This document shows, in pieces, positions 15,001 through 22,000 of a stretch of 64,000 bases of DNA. The notes under the pieces were generated by a model. It was not told the DNA's origin. It worked only from the letters and a program-made list of their open reading frames with translations, and did not search any database. Each line of letters begins with the position of its first letter. Positions within the stretch are counted from its first letter, which is position 1. The stretch comes from Burkholderia sp. (GTDB lineage: Bacteria > Pseudomonadota > Gammaproteobacteria > Burkholderiales > Burkholderiaceae), in assembly GCA_040946945.1 (NCBI GenBank), contig JAYFRX010000001.1, positions 16,605 through 80,604 on the forward strand. Direction: 5' to 3'. Made by a program: the position numbers and the translations under genes.

Positions 15001-16097
15001 TCGACGCGGCTAGCATCGGCTACATCGAGACGCACGGCACCGGCACCGCGCTCGGCGACCCGATCGAGATCAACGGGCTGAAGGCAGCCTTCGAGGTGTT
15101 GCGCAGTGAGGCCGGCGCGAGCGCGCCGGTGCCGGACAGCTGCGCGCTGGGTTCGGTCAAGACCAACATCGGCCACCTGGAGCTGGCCGCCGGCGTGGCC
15201 GGCGTGATCAAGGTGGTGCTGCAGCTGCGCCATCGCACGCTGGCCCGCAGCCTGCATGCCGAGGAGCCGAATCCCTACATCCGCCTGGAGGGCAGCCCCT
15301 TCCACCTGCTGGGCGACACGCGGCCCTGGCCGGCACCACGAGACGCCGGCGGCCGGCCGCTGCCGCGTCGCGCCGGAGTCAGCTCGTTCGGCTTCGGTGG
15401 CGTCAACGCGCATGTGCTGCTGGAGGAATACGTGGCGGCGCCCGACGTGTCGCTCGCAAGCGAGCACGGCCCGCACCTGTTCGTGCTGTCGGCCCGGCAG
15501 CCGGCGCGCCTGATGGAGCAGGCCGCGCAGCTCGCGGCCTTCCTCCGCTACGAGGCGCGGCCCACGCTCGCTGAGCTGATTCACACCTTGCAAATCGGTC
15601 GCGACGCGATGGAGGAACGCGCCGCTTTCCTGGTGGCCGACTACGCGGAGTTGGTGCAGCGGCTTGACGAGTTCGTCGCCGGGCGCGCTGCCGGCACCTG
15701 GCTGCATCGCGGCCGCGCGCGCCACGACAGCGAGGCCGCCGCGCTGTTCGACAACCTGGACGAACAGCGCGAGGCTGTGCGCGACTGGCTCGCCCAGGGC
15801 CGCCACGACAAGCTGCTGCGGCTCTGGACGCAGGGGCTGGAGGTCGACTGGCGGGTGCTGCATGCCGGTCCGCCGCCGCGCCGTGCGCACCTGCCCACCT
15901 ATCCCTTCGCGCGTGAGAGCTACTGGCCGCGGCCGGCGCGCCCGGCCGTCCGGCCCGAGACGCGCGTGAGCCCGCCGATGCAGGCGGCCAACGAAGACGA
16001 GCTGAACCGGCACAGCGCCTTGCTGGACCGGCTCATTCACCGACAGATCAGTGCCGACGAAGCGGTTCGTCTGGCGCGCCGTCAGGAACACTCATGA
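3..16097 (+). CDS. lgaB: Hybrid NRPS/trans-AT PKS, 5'-truncated: PCP-KS1-DH-KR-ACP-KS2-[ACP0 insert]-KR-cMT-ACP-KS3-DH-KR-ACP-KS4-docking domain (probable LgaB homologue)
   Basis: The frame is open from nt 3 (RPTVGRAERFLEAGGNS, a PCP motif with Ser at 51-53), so the track start at 54 is internal. KS catalytic Cys motifs are HANCSS, DTACSS, NTGCSS and ETACSS, each with HGTGT and GH. DH motifs DHVMGGHKVLP and DHRILGRPTFP; KR GGAGGLG/GGLGGLG; MT LEIGAGTGG (~8740); ACPs GFDS, GVDS, GFDS. Gene symbol is inferred. Confidence 0.93.
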   Translation, partial: RPTVGRAERFLEAGGNSVAAVLLAERIQAEFGRAFGVAQVFAHISVAAQAAYLDGSDPTPEAPVNEPIAPRAIVAEPKPDASGIAEDTLAIIGIACHFPGAENHRAFWDNLRAGHDSARLFSPEALRAAGVPERLIADPQYVPVHYGIEGKAEFDAEFFNLPPRTVTRMDPPFRLLLQHAWAAIEDAGYTPEAIPDTAVYMATGGPLRLAEPSEQGSPGDSDDYVNWLLAQPGTVATMVSYQLGLRGPSYAVHANCSSSLVGMHAAAQSLRSGEVRTALVGAASLFGDDSLGYRYEPGLNFSSDGHCKTFDSRADGLVAGEGVAVVLLKRAREAVADGDHIYALLRGVAVNNDGADKAGFYAPSVRGQSAVIEQALRQARIDPAQIGYVEAHGTGTRLGDPIEVTALSETYRRHTQALQYCAIGSVKSNLGHLDTAAGLAGCIKLALSLKHGEIPPTLHYQQPNPAIDFAASPFYVAERLQAWPPGPRLAGLSAFGIGGTNTHAILEAWPLSVARQQPEPAPGVPQVLPLSAMQADRLPVYVRRLAAFLRGPHAVSLRLADVAYTLQTGRRAMRARCAFVAETLDQLLAALDGYVAMDDASLMLPQPTPAAGWQLQRDAYALAAAWRQGESIDWQALQTAAPWSAHRVSLPTYPFVPKRWPRPAAQVASGAQAAVLHPLLHGNTSDFAGHRYSSRFGGEEFFLADHVMGGHKVLPGVAHLEMARAAFAQAIAAPHIPLELRDVVWIRPVGVDAPLDVHTALRPRADGSADFEIYSQPDAASERIMHSQGRAMRVETAAAEPLELDALRRQIAQAHRDAASYYRDFQQGGASYGPAFRALEQLWLGDGQVLARLILPAVLHEGAERYGLHPSLLDAAVQAAFIGIDAMRAAAGVAGAEQGGSLPFELKRVQLLVPCQPAMWAWVRYTQGVGAGDRVQRMDVDLCDEQGRICVRLYGLARLAMQASKPAAPSLQLPQWEDAPLDRGAASPPYAQRLQVLCAVPAHGLELESGTDLVERLEAGTGLDSVQDYALRLLARVQSFMRNKPRGRCLLQVVIPAEGEMACLAALAGLVYCLRLEHPGVSAQLIAVNPEIAAPALAALLREEGRGEAADAQVRHLHGRRQRKALAALALPAAASAPQPWRQGGVYLITGGAGGLGRLFAQEIAARCEGAGIVLLGRSALSPEQAVWIERLSRNGTRVIYCQADVTDAAAVEAAVRAARELGPLRGVLHAAGVLRDGLLLNRTEEQARAVLVPKLAGSLALDRATRELDLDFFVLFSSISALGSVGQSDYAVANAFLDEFAHWRAVAVARGERRGRSLAIAWPLWAEGGMRPAAAALAGVPGALRQVALPSAQGLACFYQALASAHAQVVVPAPAPAAPAAPAALSLAASVAAAAVTAVSPAPPAPSSIPSTHKASSMASAAVSTIDIEALGARLCGVVLGLVTQLLGVPAEQVDLDEEFNAFGFDSISLTNLANHLNQELRLNLTPAIFFEHASVNRFVEHLLAEHAERLDFLVPASALVSPVVAAAPAIAPPRAEPEPAAVSAAAAEHDDIAIIGMSARLPMAADLAQFWGNLLAGRDCISEIPADRWDWREIYGDPLREPNRTDAKWGGFIDGVADFDPLFFGISPREAEAMDPHQRLLMSHVWQALEDAGYTRQALSGSDTGVFVGLGGSDYGQRVVAADGGVEGHTLMGLLPSMAPARMSHFMNWHGPSEFIDTACSSSLVAVHRAAQAIAAGDCSLAVVGGVMAILSPTAHIGFSKAGMLSKDGRCKTFSSEADGYVRGEGVGMLVLKRLSAARADGDCIHAVIRASAVNHGGRANTLTSPNPAAQAELIESACRKAGVAVEQIGYIEAHGTGTRLGDPIEINGLKSAFKSLGHGAGEAWCGLGSVKTNIGHLELSAGIAGLLKLVLQLRHRTLVASLHCEQVNPYIELEGSPFYLVRENRPWPAGRDASGRPVPRLAGVSSFGFGGVNAHVLVQEHLADPLPVDDEAPALIVLSARSEAALRERARDLLAYLGRRGLDRPAVAAASDDRRAELEQNIRVALAGLLDVDAREISVNESFEAYGLDALARNRLAAALDESSPALLAGALRAGSVAQLADEWLAAQGHAPALAAAPLAEPAIRLGDLAYTLQVGREPMEHRLGFMAASFVQLRERLQAFLDGQDGMPELHRGQSKSGKNGLSLLSDDDDMDGTLASWAAKKKYALMLKLWVNGLELDWRLLHAGQQPRRISLPAYPFDYRRCWVGETPAAATQEPGKAVEPAALADTSDETAKAEPAQFLLPVWDAVHPDLLEDTSPQGRILLCGDDEAILGVWRGGAAEQAPLVVRPGTSIEALSAQLAVAGTIGEVLFVAPDMADLGIGDAQLMIEAQQQGVLGLFRLIKGLLATGYGLRDLAWTVVTTQAVDLGDGLPPRPAHAGIHGLAGAMAREYPHWRLRLVDVSAGEAGDWPICWRRLPHTEGGAAWCRRGGEWFRQRLLPYQPDTTGTTDTSLPYRQGGVYLVIGGAGGLGEAWSRHMIERYQARLIWLGRSASDARIRERIDALAALGPAPRYVQADAGDEAALRRAAAEIGREFPRLHGIVHSALVLADQGLASMPEVEFAGALAAKVDTAVLTTHVFANQPLDFVLFFSSMMSFGRAAGQSNYAAGCVFADVYARRLAQLVSYPVKIVNWGYWGSVGIVSRADYQARMRRAGIGSIEPAEGMRALEVLLRAPVPQLGFVKARAGASGDSVRQYPDTIPAVAARVVLDTPPPVLRREDLLFADQRLESLVRGLLARQLAALGERPVLPLYQRWLAESRRVLAETPVPSAPAEALWREWVDHAQTRRRLDGSTPELDLLQTCLQALPAILLGQRPATEVLFPQSSLSLVEAIYRGNPVADLFNGRLQQWVLAYLRERLACDPQARLRILEIGAGTGGTSAGLLAALQPLRKHIAEYSFTDVSRAFLIQAQDRFAAGFPGLVTRLFDVEQPLAAQGLPADHFDLVVAANVLHATSEIRTALRNAKAALRKGGVLLLNEIAGQSLFTHLSFGLLEGWWRYRDPAVRLPASPALSPENWARVLREEGFSEIGFLLKERLELGQQLVVAQSDGLVRQAGANVEAEVGRHTHTLSVAPITTATAPPASRAAPAVTIESVALATISEPVAIDAGVHRVLLEELARTLKLDVAEIDTQMPFSDYGVDSILGVGFVKQINDRLGLDLNATVLFEHSSFERLVAHILQRHRQEAAAALAADAAASANTTAHAPSPAAAATSFEPARASVYVAEPIPAAAAEFRQAEAGRVEIAVIGMSAQVPGATDVEAFWHNLMHGVDGVTQLPTAYLDRTRQGDDDQAYYPWGGTLAERACFDPQFFSISPREAKSMNPHQRLVLQESWKALEDAGYDPRSLADRRVGSFVGAEPAGYFHETFTGSSDAIIASRLAYFLNLKGPALVINTGCSSSATAIHLACESLRHGESEMALAGGVYAVLNETGLVSLAQLDMLSNSGRCQSFDAAADGTVFSEAVGMVVLKRMDDALRDGDPIYASIVASGINQDGASNGITAPSGEAQEQLLLETYRKFGVDPRRIGYVEAHGTGTRLGDPVEANALLRAFRAHTADRDYCAVGSAKAHIGHTAAASGVIGLVKLLLILKHGRTPGLLHFCKLNPLIEWQDSPFFIPTINRDWPAEPGQPRMAALNSFGHSGTNVHLVLKEHVEPVVVVAAAADARQQPGWHLLPLSATNETRLRAYAGKLARYLREAGEGVNLGDVAHTLQHGRIELKRRWCLLVEDAPSALAQLQAYAADADAAGVHGLADGSLAADRIDASAPEHLALLARRWAGGAKVDWPLAGHAARRIRLPSYPFSRDQYWMDGALAAPAPAPMHPLLHARADTAAGSRFSVRLSGEEAFFRDHRILGRPTFPGAAYLEMAGAATARVLGTEALRLSVVVWSRPLQPSAAGVELGIELQAQGDGRLRFEIAAAGQIHCQGLAAAVDARDNEFERQDLGALLARMDGQGVGHDACYAAFDAVGIHYGPSHRAIEHLHLGRGEALARLVLNPAAARDADAYRLHPGLLDAALQATLGLSAGSARGAYVPFALERLVLRASTGRQLWAWVRYTSGSSPDEAVRKYDIDLLDDQGGVIARLSGFAFRPAEATTSSVDPVLLWRRDWQPDSAPLAGDAVPTRRSVLISDRAAAWRFDEPADGSLLAHLQINSAQEAPDQWYRRVLGELFDLVKAQAQAVQACLLQVLVPASGQATLLSGLSGLLCTATLEFPRLSTQLLAFDTAPVGLAALLEANARQPWRAQLRYQGGTRLVPAWTELAGSAGILPLPWREHGVYLLTGGLGGLGRLLAEEILSQAPAATVVLCGRAAPDAQATQWLRATGANGQLLYRQADVADAAQVRALVAKTVERFGALHGVIHSAGVLRDGYLPGKTVAQIDAVLAPKVAGTVNLDEATRALDLDLFVLFAAGAGVLGNPGQADYAAANAFLDAYAGWRNQQAAEGRRRGQAVAIDWPLWAEGGMRISDSLREAIEAGNGMRALARGEGMSALYRGVASREAQLLVGVGDHARLRAWMQRLHAEPAAKPVQAGLAPGAGRALRDRTRQFLIDSAASVLELQPQDLDPRDELSDYGFDSITFTELTHRLNRQFDLELVPTVLFEQPTIAKLTAHLLESFPDVLARAFPEDVAAPQPLVVKPEPPAVQSASRSTVEMAAPSPSSAGSEGAVAIIGMSGRFPGAPDLAGFWQVLAEGRDCIGEIPADRWDWRQYYGDASQGGRHTRVKEAGFIEGVAEFDPLFFGITPREAELMDPQQRLLLTHAWAAIEDAGYAPSSLAGGRTAIFVGTAPSGYSSLIEQAAMGLDGHSSTGSVASVGPNRLSYLLDLHGPSEPVETACSSALVAIHRAVRAIRHGDCETALAGGINTIVLPEVHISFDKAGMLSPDGRCKTFSRHADGYGRGEGVGILLLKDLAVAERDGDAIHAVIRGTAENHGGRASSLTAPNPKAQAELIKAAVRDAGIDAASIGYIETHGTGTALGDPIEINGLKAAFEVLRSEAGASAPVPDSCALGSVKTNIGHLELAAGVAGVIKVVLQLRHRTLARSLHAEEPNPYIRLEGSPFHLLGDTRPWPAPRDAGGRPLPRRAGVSSFGFGGVNAHVLLEEYVAAPDVSLASEHGPHLFVLSARQPARLMEQAAQLAAFLRYEARPTLAELIHTLQIGRDAMEERAAFLVADYAELVQRLDEFVAGRAAGTWLHRGRARHDSEAAALFDNLDEQREAVRDWLAQGRHDKLLRLWTQGLEVDWRVLHAGPPPRRAHLPTYPFARESYWPRPARPAVRPETRVSPPMQAANEDELNRHSALLDRLIHRQISADEAVRLARRQEHS

Positions 16098-19000
16098 CCG
16101 ACCACGTTGCAGAGATCTATCGTCAAGTCGCCGCCGCCCAATTGAGCAAGGACGAGGCCCTGGCGCGGCTTCGCCAGGTGCAGGAACAGGACGCGCTGGA
16201 GGTGCCGGATGCCCGGCCCGCGTCCGCGCGGGCCGCCGCTGGCACGCGCGAGGCGGTAGCGCAGGCGCTGGCGGCGCTCTATGCGGCCCAGTCGAAGATC
16301 GCGCTCGAGGCCATCGACCCGCTGGAGCCGCTCGAATCCTATGGCATCGATTCGATCGTAATCGCCGGGATGAACCGCGAGCTGGGCGAGCGCTTCGAAG
16401 GCTTGTCCAAGACGCTGTTCTTCGAACATCGCACGCTCGACAGTCTGGCGGGGTTCCTGTTGCGCGAGCATGAGGCGGCCTGCCGGGCGTGGCTGACGCC
16501 GGTCACAGCGGCGGCAGAAGCACCGGCTGCCGCGGCATCGGCAACGGCCGCACAGGTGATCGCAACGGCAGGAACGGCACCGGCAAATCCAGCGAACACT
16601 GGCGAAATCGTTGCACCCGCAACCGCTGGCGCAGCGGCCACATCCGCGGCCGATACGACCGCTTGGGCCCCGATCGGAATCGTCGGCCTGGCCGGGCGCT
16701 ATCCGCAGGCGGCCGATCTCGATGCGTTCTGGCGTAACCTGCGCGAGGGCCGCGACTGCATCGTCGAGGTGCCGGCCGAGCGCTGGCCGCTGGACGGCTT
16801 CTACGAGCCCGATCCGGATCGGGCGATCGCCAGCGGTCGCAGCTACGGCAAGTGGGGCGGTTTCCTGGAAGGCTTCGCCGATTTCGACCCGCTGTTCTTC
16901 AACATCTCGCCTCTCGAGGCGATGGGCATGGACCCGCAGGAACGCCTGTTCCTGCAGAGCGCCTGGCATGCGCTGGAAGACGCCGGCTACACGCGCGACA
17001 GCCTGGCCGAGCGCTGCGGCGGCCGCGTCGGCGTGTTCGCCGGCGTGACGCGCACCGGCTTCGGCCTGCTCGGTCTCGAGGCCTGGCACGAGGGCCGCAC
17101 GGTGTTCTCGCAGCCGGCCTTCAGCTCGATACCGAACCGTGTATCCTATGCGCTCGACCTGCGCGGGCCCAGCCTGCCGGTTGACACTATGTGCTCGTCC
17201 TCACTGACGGCGATCCACGAGGCCTGCGCGGCCCTGCATCGCGGCGATTGCGCGATGGCGTTGGCCGGCGGCGTGAACCTGTGCGTGCACCCGGCCAGCT
17301 ACGTGGGCCTGGCAACCGGCAAGATGCTGTCCAGCGAGGGCCGCTGCCGCAGCTTCGGTGCTGGCGGCGACGGCTACGTGCCGGGCGAGGGCGTGGGCGT
17401 GGTGGTGCTCAAGCCGCTGGCCGCGGCGCTGGCCGACGGCGATCGCATCCATGGCGCGATCCGCGCCACCAGCGTCAACCACGGCGGGCGCACCAACGGC
17501 TTCACGGTGCCCAATCCGGCGGCGCAGGCCGAGCTGATCGCCGAGAGCCTGCGCAAGTCCGGTATCCATCCGCGCGCGATCGGCTACATCGAGGCGCATG
17601 GCACCGGCACCGCGCTCGGCGACCCGATCGAGGTCAGCGGCCTGGCGCAGGCCTTCGCGCCGCATACGCGGGAGTGCGGCTTCTGCCCGCTCGGTTCGGC
17701 CAAGTCGAACCTGGGCCATCTGGAGGCCGCCGCCGGCATAGCCGGCCTGACCAAGGTACTGCTGCAAATGCGCCACGGCGAGCTGGTGCCGAGCCTGCAT
17801 GCCGAGCAACTGAACCCGAACATCGATTTCGACGGCACGCCCTTCGTGGTGCAGCGCGAACTCGCGCCCTGGGCCGAGCCGGAGCTGGACCTGGATGGCC
17901 AGGCGCGTCTTTATCCGCGCATCGCCTCGGTGTCCTCGTTCGGCGCCGGCGGTGCCAACGCGCATCTGCTGGTGGAGCAATACCGGGTGCCGGCGGTGCC
18001 CTCGGCATCGTTCGCTGGGCCGCAGGCCATCGTGCTGTCCGCGCGCACGCCCGATCGCCTGCGCGCCGCCGCGCGAGCCTTGCTCGATCACGTCGAAGGC
18101 GGTGGTGCCGGCGCGAGCCCGGCGGCGCACCTGGGCGCGTGGCTGATCGAGGAACTGGCTGTCATCGTCGGCGTGGACGCCGTGGCGATCGACGCTCGGG
18201 AGGCCCTGTCCGACCTGGGCGTGGAAGTCCTGCATCGCACTCGCTGGTACGAGCGCGTGCAGGAGCGCTTGAATCTGCCTTGGTCGCTGAAGGATTTCCT
18301 CGACCAGGACAGCGTGCAGCAGCTCACGGACAATCTGCTGCGCGAACACGGCGCGACGGTGGCCGCGCAATTCCCCGCGCCGGCTGCCGCCGCGCCCGCG
18401 TTGGCGGACTTGGCACATACGCTGCAGGTCGGGCGCGAGGCGATGCCGGAGCGCCTGGCTTTCGTGGCTGCCGATCTCGCCGAGCTGGCGGCCGGCCTGC
18501 GCGGCTTCCTGGATGACGACGAGCGCTTCCCCTTGTGGCACGGCAAGGCTAGGCACGGCCGCGCGCTACCGGCCCGGCCAGATCAGGCGCAATGGCAGGC
18601 CTGGATCGACGCGCAGGACTGGTCGAAGCTGCTGCCGGCCTGGGTCGCCGGGCACGAGCTGCCATGGCGGGAACTGCCTGGTGCGCAAGGCGCGCGCCGC
18701 ATCGGCCTGCCGCTGTATCCGTTCGCCGCCGAGCGCTATTGGGTCGATCCGCAAAGCCTGCGGCCCCATCCTGTCACGTCGGTTGAATCTCGGCTGCATC
18801 CGCTGGCCCAGCAACGCACCGATGGCGCAGAATGTCCCACCTTCCTCAGCCGCTTCAGCGGCGCGGAAAGCTTCTTCGACGATCACCAGGTCGGCGGCCT
18901 GCGCATCTTGCCCGGCGTGGCCTACCTGGAAATGGCGCGCGCCGCGGCTAGCCTGGCGGCAGACGGCGCGGCGATCCGCAGCCTGCGCAACGTCGTCTGG

Positions 19001-22000
19001 GCGCGCCCGATCGAGGCGGGTGCCGAAGGTGTGGCGGTGACGCTGCGCCTGCAGCCGCATCAGGAAGGCATCTGGCGCTACGAGGCGCTCGGTGCCGATG
19101 GCGGCGTCCACGGCCAGGGCCTGGCCGGCACGGCGCTCCCCGAAACGCCGGCGGATCTCGACCTGGCCGCGCTGCGCGCGCGCATGCAGGGCGGCACGCT
19201 CGACGCCGAGGCCTTCTACCAGGCCTATGCGTCGATGGGCATCGCCTACGGCGCGGCACATCGCGGTTTCGTTCAGGCCGTGGTGGGCGAAGGCGAGCTG
19301 CTGGCCGAGCTGTGCCTGCCCGCTGCCGTGCAGGCCGACGCGCAGGCTTACGTGCTGCATCCGAGCCTGATGGATGCGGCCTTCCAGGCCACGCTCGGGC
19401 TCTACCTGCTCGGCCCGCGCGCCGATGCGGCGCAGGCCATGCTGCCGTTTGCGCTGGAGACGCTGGAACTCCACCAGCCGCCGCAAGCACGGGCGTGGTG
19501 CTGGATTCGCAGCCAGGGCGGGCGCGGCGGCGTCGAGAAATTCGATATCGAGCTGTGCGATGCGCAAGGGCGCATCTGCGTGCGTATGCTGGGCTTTTCC
19601 TCGCGCGTACTGGAGCCGGCCGCCGCGCCCGAAGCGGTTGAGGTGCCGAGCTTGCTGCTCAGTCGGCATGCCTGGCAGGACGCGCCGGCTAGCCAGGCTA
19701 CGCCCGATTCCGCGCTGACGCGGCGCTTGCTGCTGGTCTCGATCGATCCGCAACCGGCTTCCTGGCAGCAGCTGGGCCAGGGCGAGCTGCTGCAGGCTGC
19801 GTCGGTGCAGCCCGAGGAAGCCTGCGCGATCTTGTACACGCAGGTCTTCGAGCGCGTGAAAGCCTGGTTGGAGGAGAAGGGCCGCGACACCTGCCTGTGG
19901 CAGGTCGCGATCGCCGGGCAGGGCACCGAGCTGCTGCTGGCCGGCTTGTCGGGCCTGCTGCGCAGTGCCTCGCAGGAGAGTCGCCGGCTGCTGGGTCAGC
20001 TGCTGATCCTCGAAGGTGACGAGGACGTGGCGAGCCTGCGCACCCGGCTCGACGACAACGCCGCCAGCCCGTTCGACAGTCTGGTGCGCTATAGCGAAGG
20101 CCGCCGCGAAACCTGGCGGCTGCTGGAACTGCCCGACGACGGCAACAGCGGCAGCGAGGCCGAGGTGGTGCCGCTGCCGTGGCGGCAGAACGGCGTCTAC
20201 CTGCTCAGCGGCGGCGCGGGCGAACTGGGCCTGCTGTTCGCCGAGGAAATCGCGCGCCGCGCCTCCGGTGCCACGCTGGTGCTGACCGGGCGCTCGGTGC
20301 TGTCGGACCAGCGCCGCGCTCGCCTGGACGCATTGCGTGGGCACGGCGCGCAATACCGCTACGAGCAGGTCGACGTGGCCGACCGGCAGGCGGTGGTGCA
20401 ACTGGTCGAGCGCATCACCGCGGAGCAGGGGGGCCTGGACGGCGTGCTGCATATCGCCGGAGTTCTGCGGGACAGCTACATCCTGAAGAAGGACCGCGCC
20501 GCCTTCGAGCAGGTGCTGGTGCCGAAGCTGCTGGGCACCGCCAACCTAGACCACGCCACGCGCGCGCTGGACCTGGATTTCTTCCTGATGTTCTCGTCGA
20601 GCGCGGCGATCTTCGGCAACCTGGGCCAGGCCGACTACGCCGCCGCCAACGGCTTCATGGACGCCTACGCGGCCTACCGGCAGGCGCGGGGCGGCTGCGG
20701 CCGCTCGCTGTCGGTGAACTGGCCGCTGTGGCGCGACGGCGGCATGGGCATGGAGGCCGCCACCGAGGAGATGATGCTGGCCAACACCGGCATGGTGGCG
20801 ATGCGCGCGCCGAGCGGTTTCACGGCGCTGGCGCGCGCTCTGCACAGCGGGCTGCCGCAGGTGGCGGTGATGGAGGGCCTGGCCGAGCGCATGCGCCAGA
20901 AGCTGCTGGCGGTGCCTGCTGCCGCCTCGATGAAGGCAGTGGTGCCCGACGTATCCGCGCCGGCAGCGGCGGCACCGGGCGGGCAGGCGGATCACGACGA
21001 ACTCGTCGCGCGCGTGGCGCGCGGCATGCGCCAGATGGCCGGCGAACTGCTGAAGCTCGATCTGGACCAGATCGACATCGAGGACGATCTCAGCGATTAC
21101 GGCTTCGATTCGATCACCTTCACCAGCTTCTCGAACCGGATTAACAAGCAGTTCGGCCTGGAGTTGATTCCGACCATCTTCTTCGAATATCCGGACATCG
21201 CCGGTCTGGCGACCCATCTGGTCGAGGCGCATCGCACGGCGCTGGTCGCGAGCCTGGGGCTGCCTGCCGCGCCTGCTCAAGGCGCTCAGGCACGGCCGGC
21301 CGCGTCGGCGTCGGCGGCAGCTGCAACCACCGCCGCATCGGCCACGGCACCGGTGCCTCTCGCGCCGCAACTGGCGAGTCAGGCAGGCTCCGCATCGACC
21401 CCCCCCGCACCGCGCCGCGGCGTCGCCGTGATTGGCATCAGCGGCAGCTTCCCCGGTGCCGACGGCGTGGACGCGCTCTGGCAACTGCTGGAGCGCGGCG
21501 GCGATGCGATTGGCGAAGTGCCGGCCAGCCGCTGGGACTGGCGCCGCTGCCTGCCGTCCGGCGAATCCGAGGCGGTGCGGGCGCGCGTGCGCTGGGGCGG
21601 CTTCATGGACGGCGTGGATCGCTTCGATCCGCTGTTCTTCGGCATCTCGCCCCGCGAGGCCGAACTGATGGACCCGCAGCAGCGGCTGCTGTTGACCCAT
21701 GTCTGGCTGGCCGTCGAGGATGCCGGCTACGCGCCGCAATCGCTGGCCGGCAGCGACACCGGCCTGTTTGTCGGCACCGCGGTGGGCAGCTACGGCAGCC
21801 TGGTGCTGCAGGCCGGCCGCAGCCAGGACGCCTACAGCTCGACCAGCTCGGTGGCCTCGATCGGCCCCAGCCGCGTCAGCTATTTCCTCGACTGGCACGG
21901 CCCCAGCGAGCCGATCGAGACCGCCTGTTCCAGCTCCCTGGTGGCCGTGCACCGCGCCGTGCATGCGATCGAGAGCGGCCGCTGCGAGGCGGTGCTGGCC

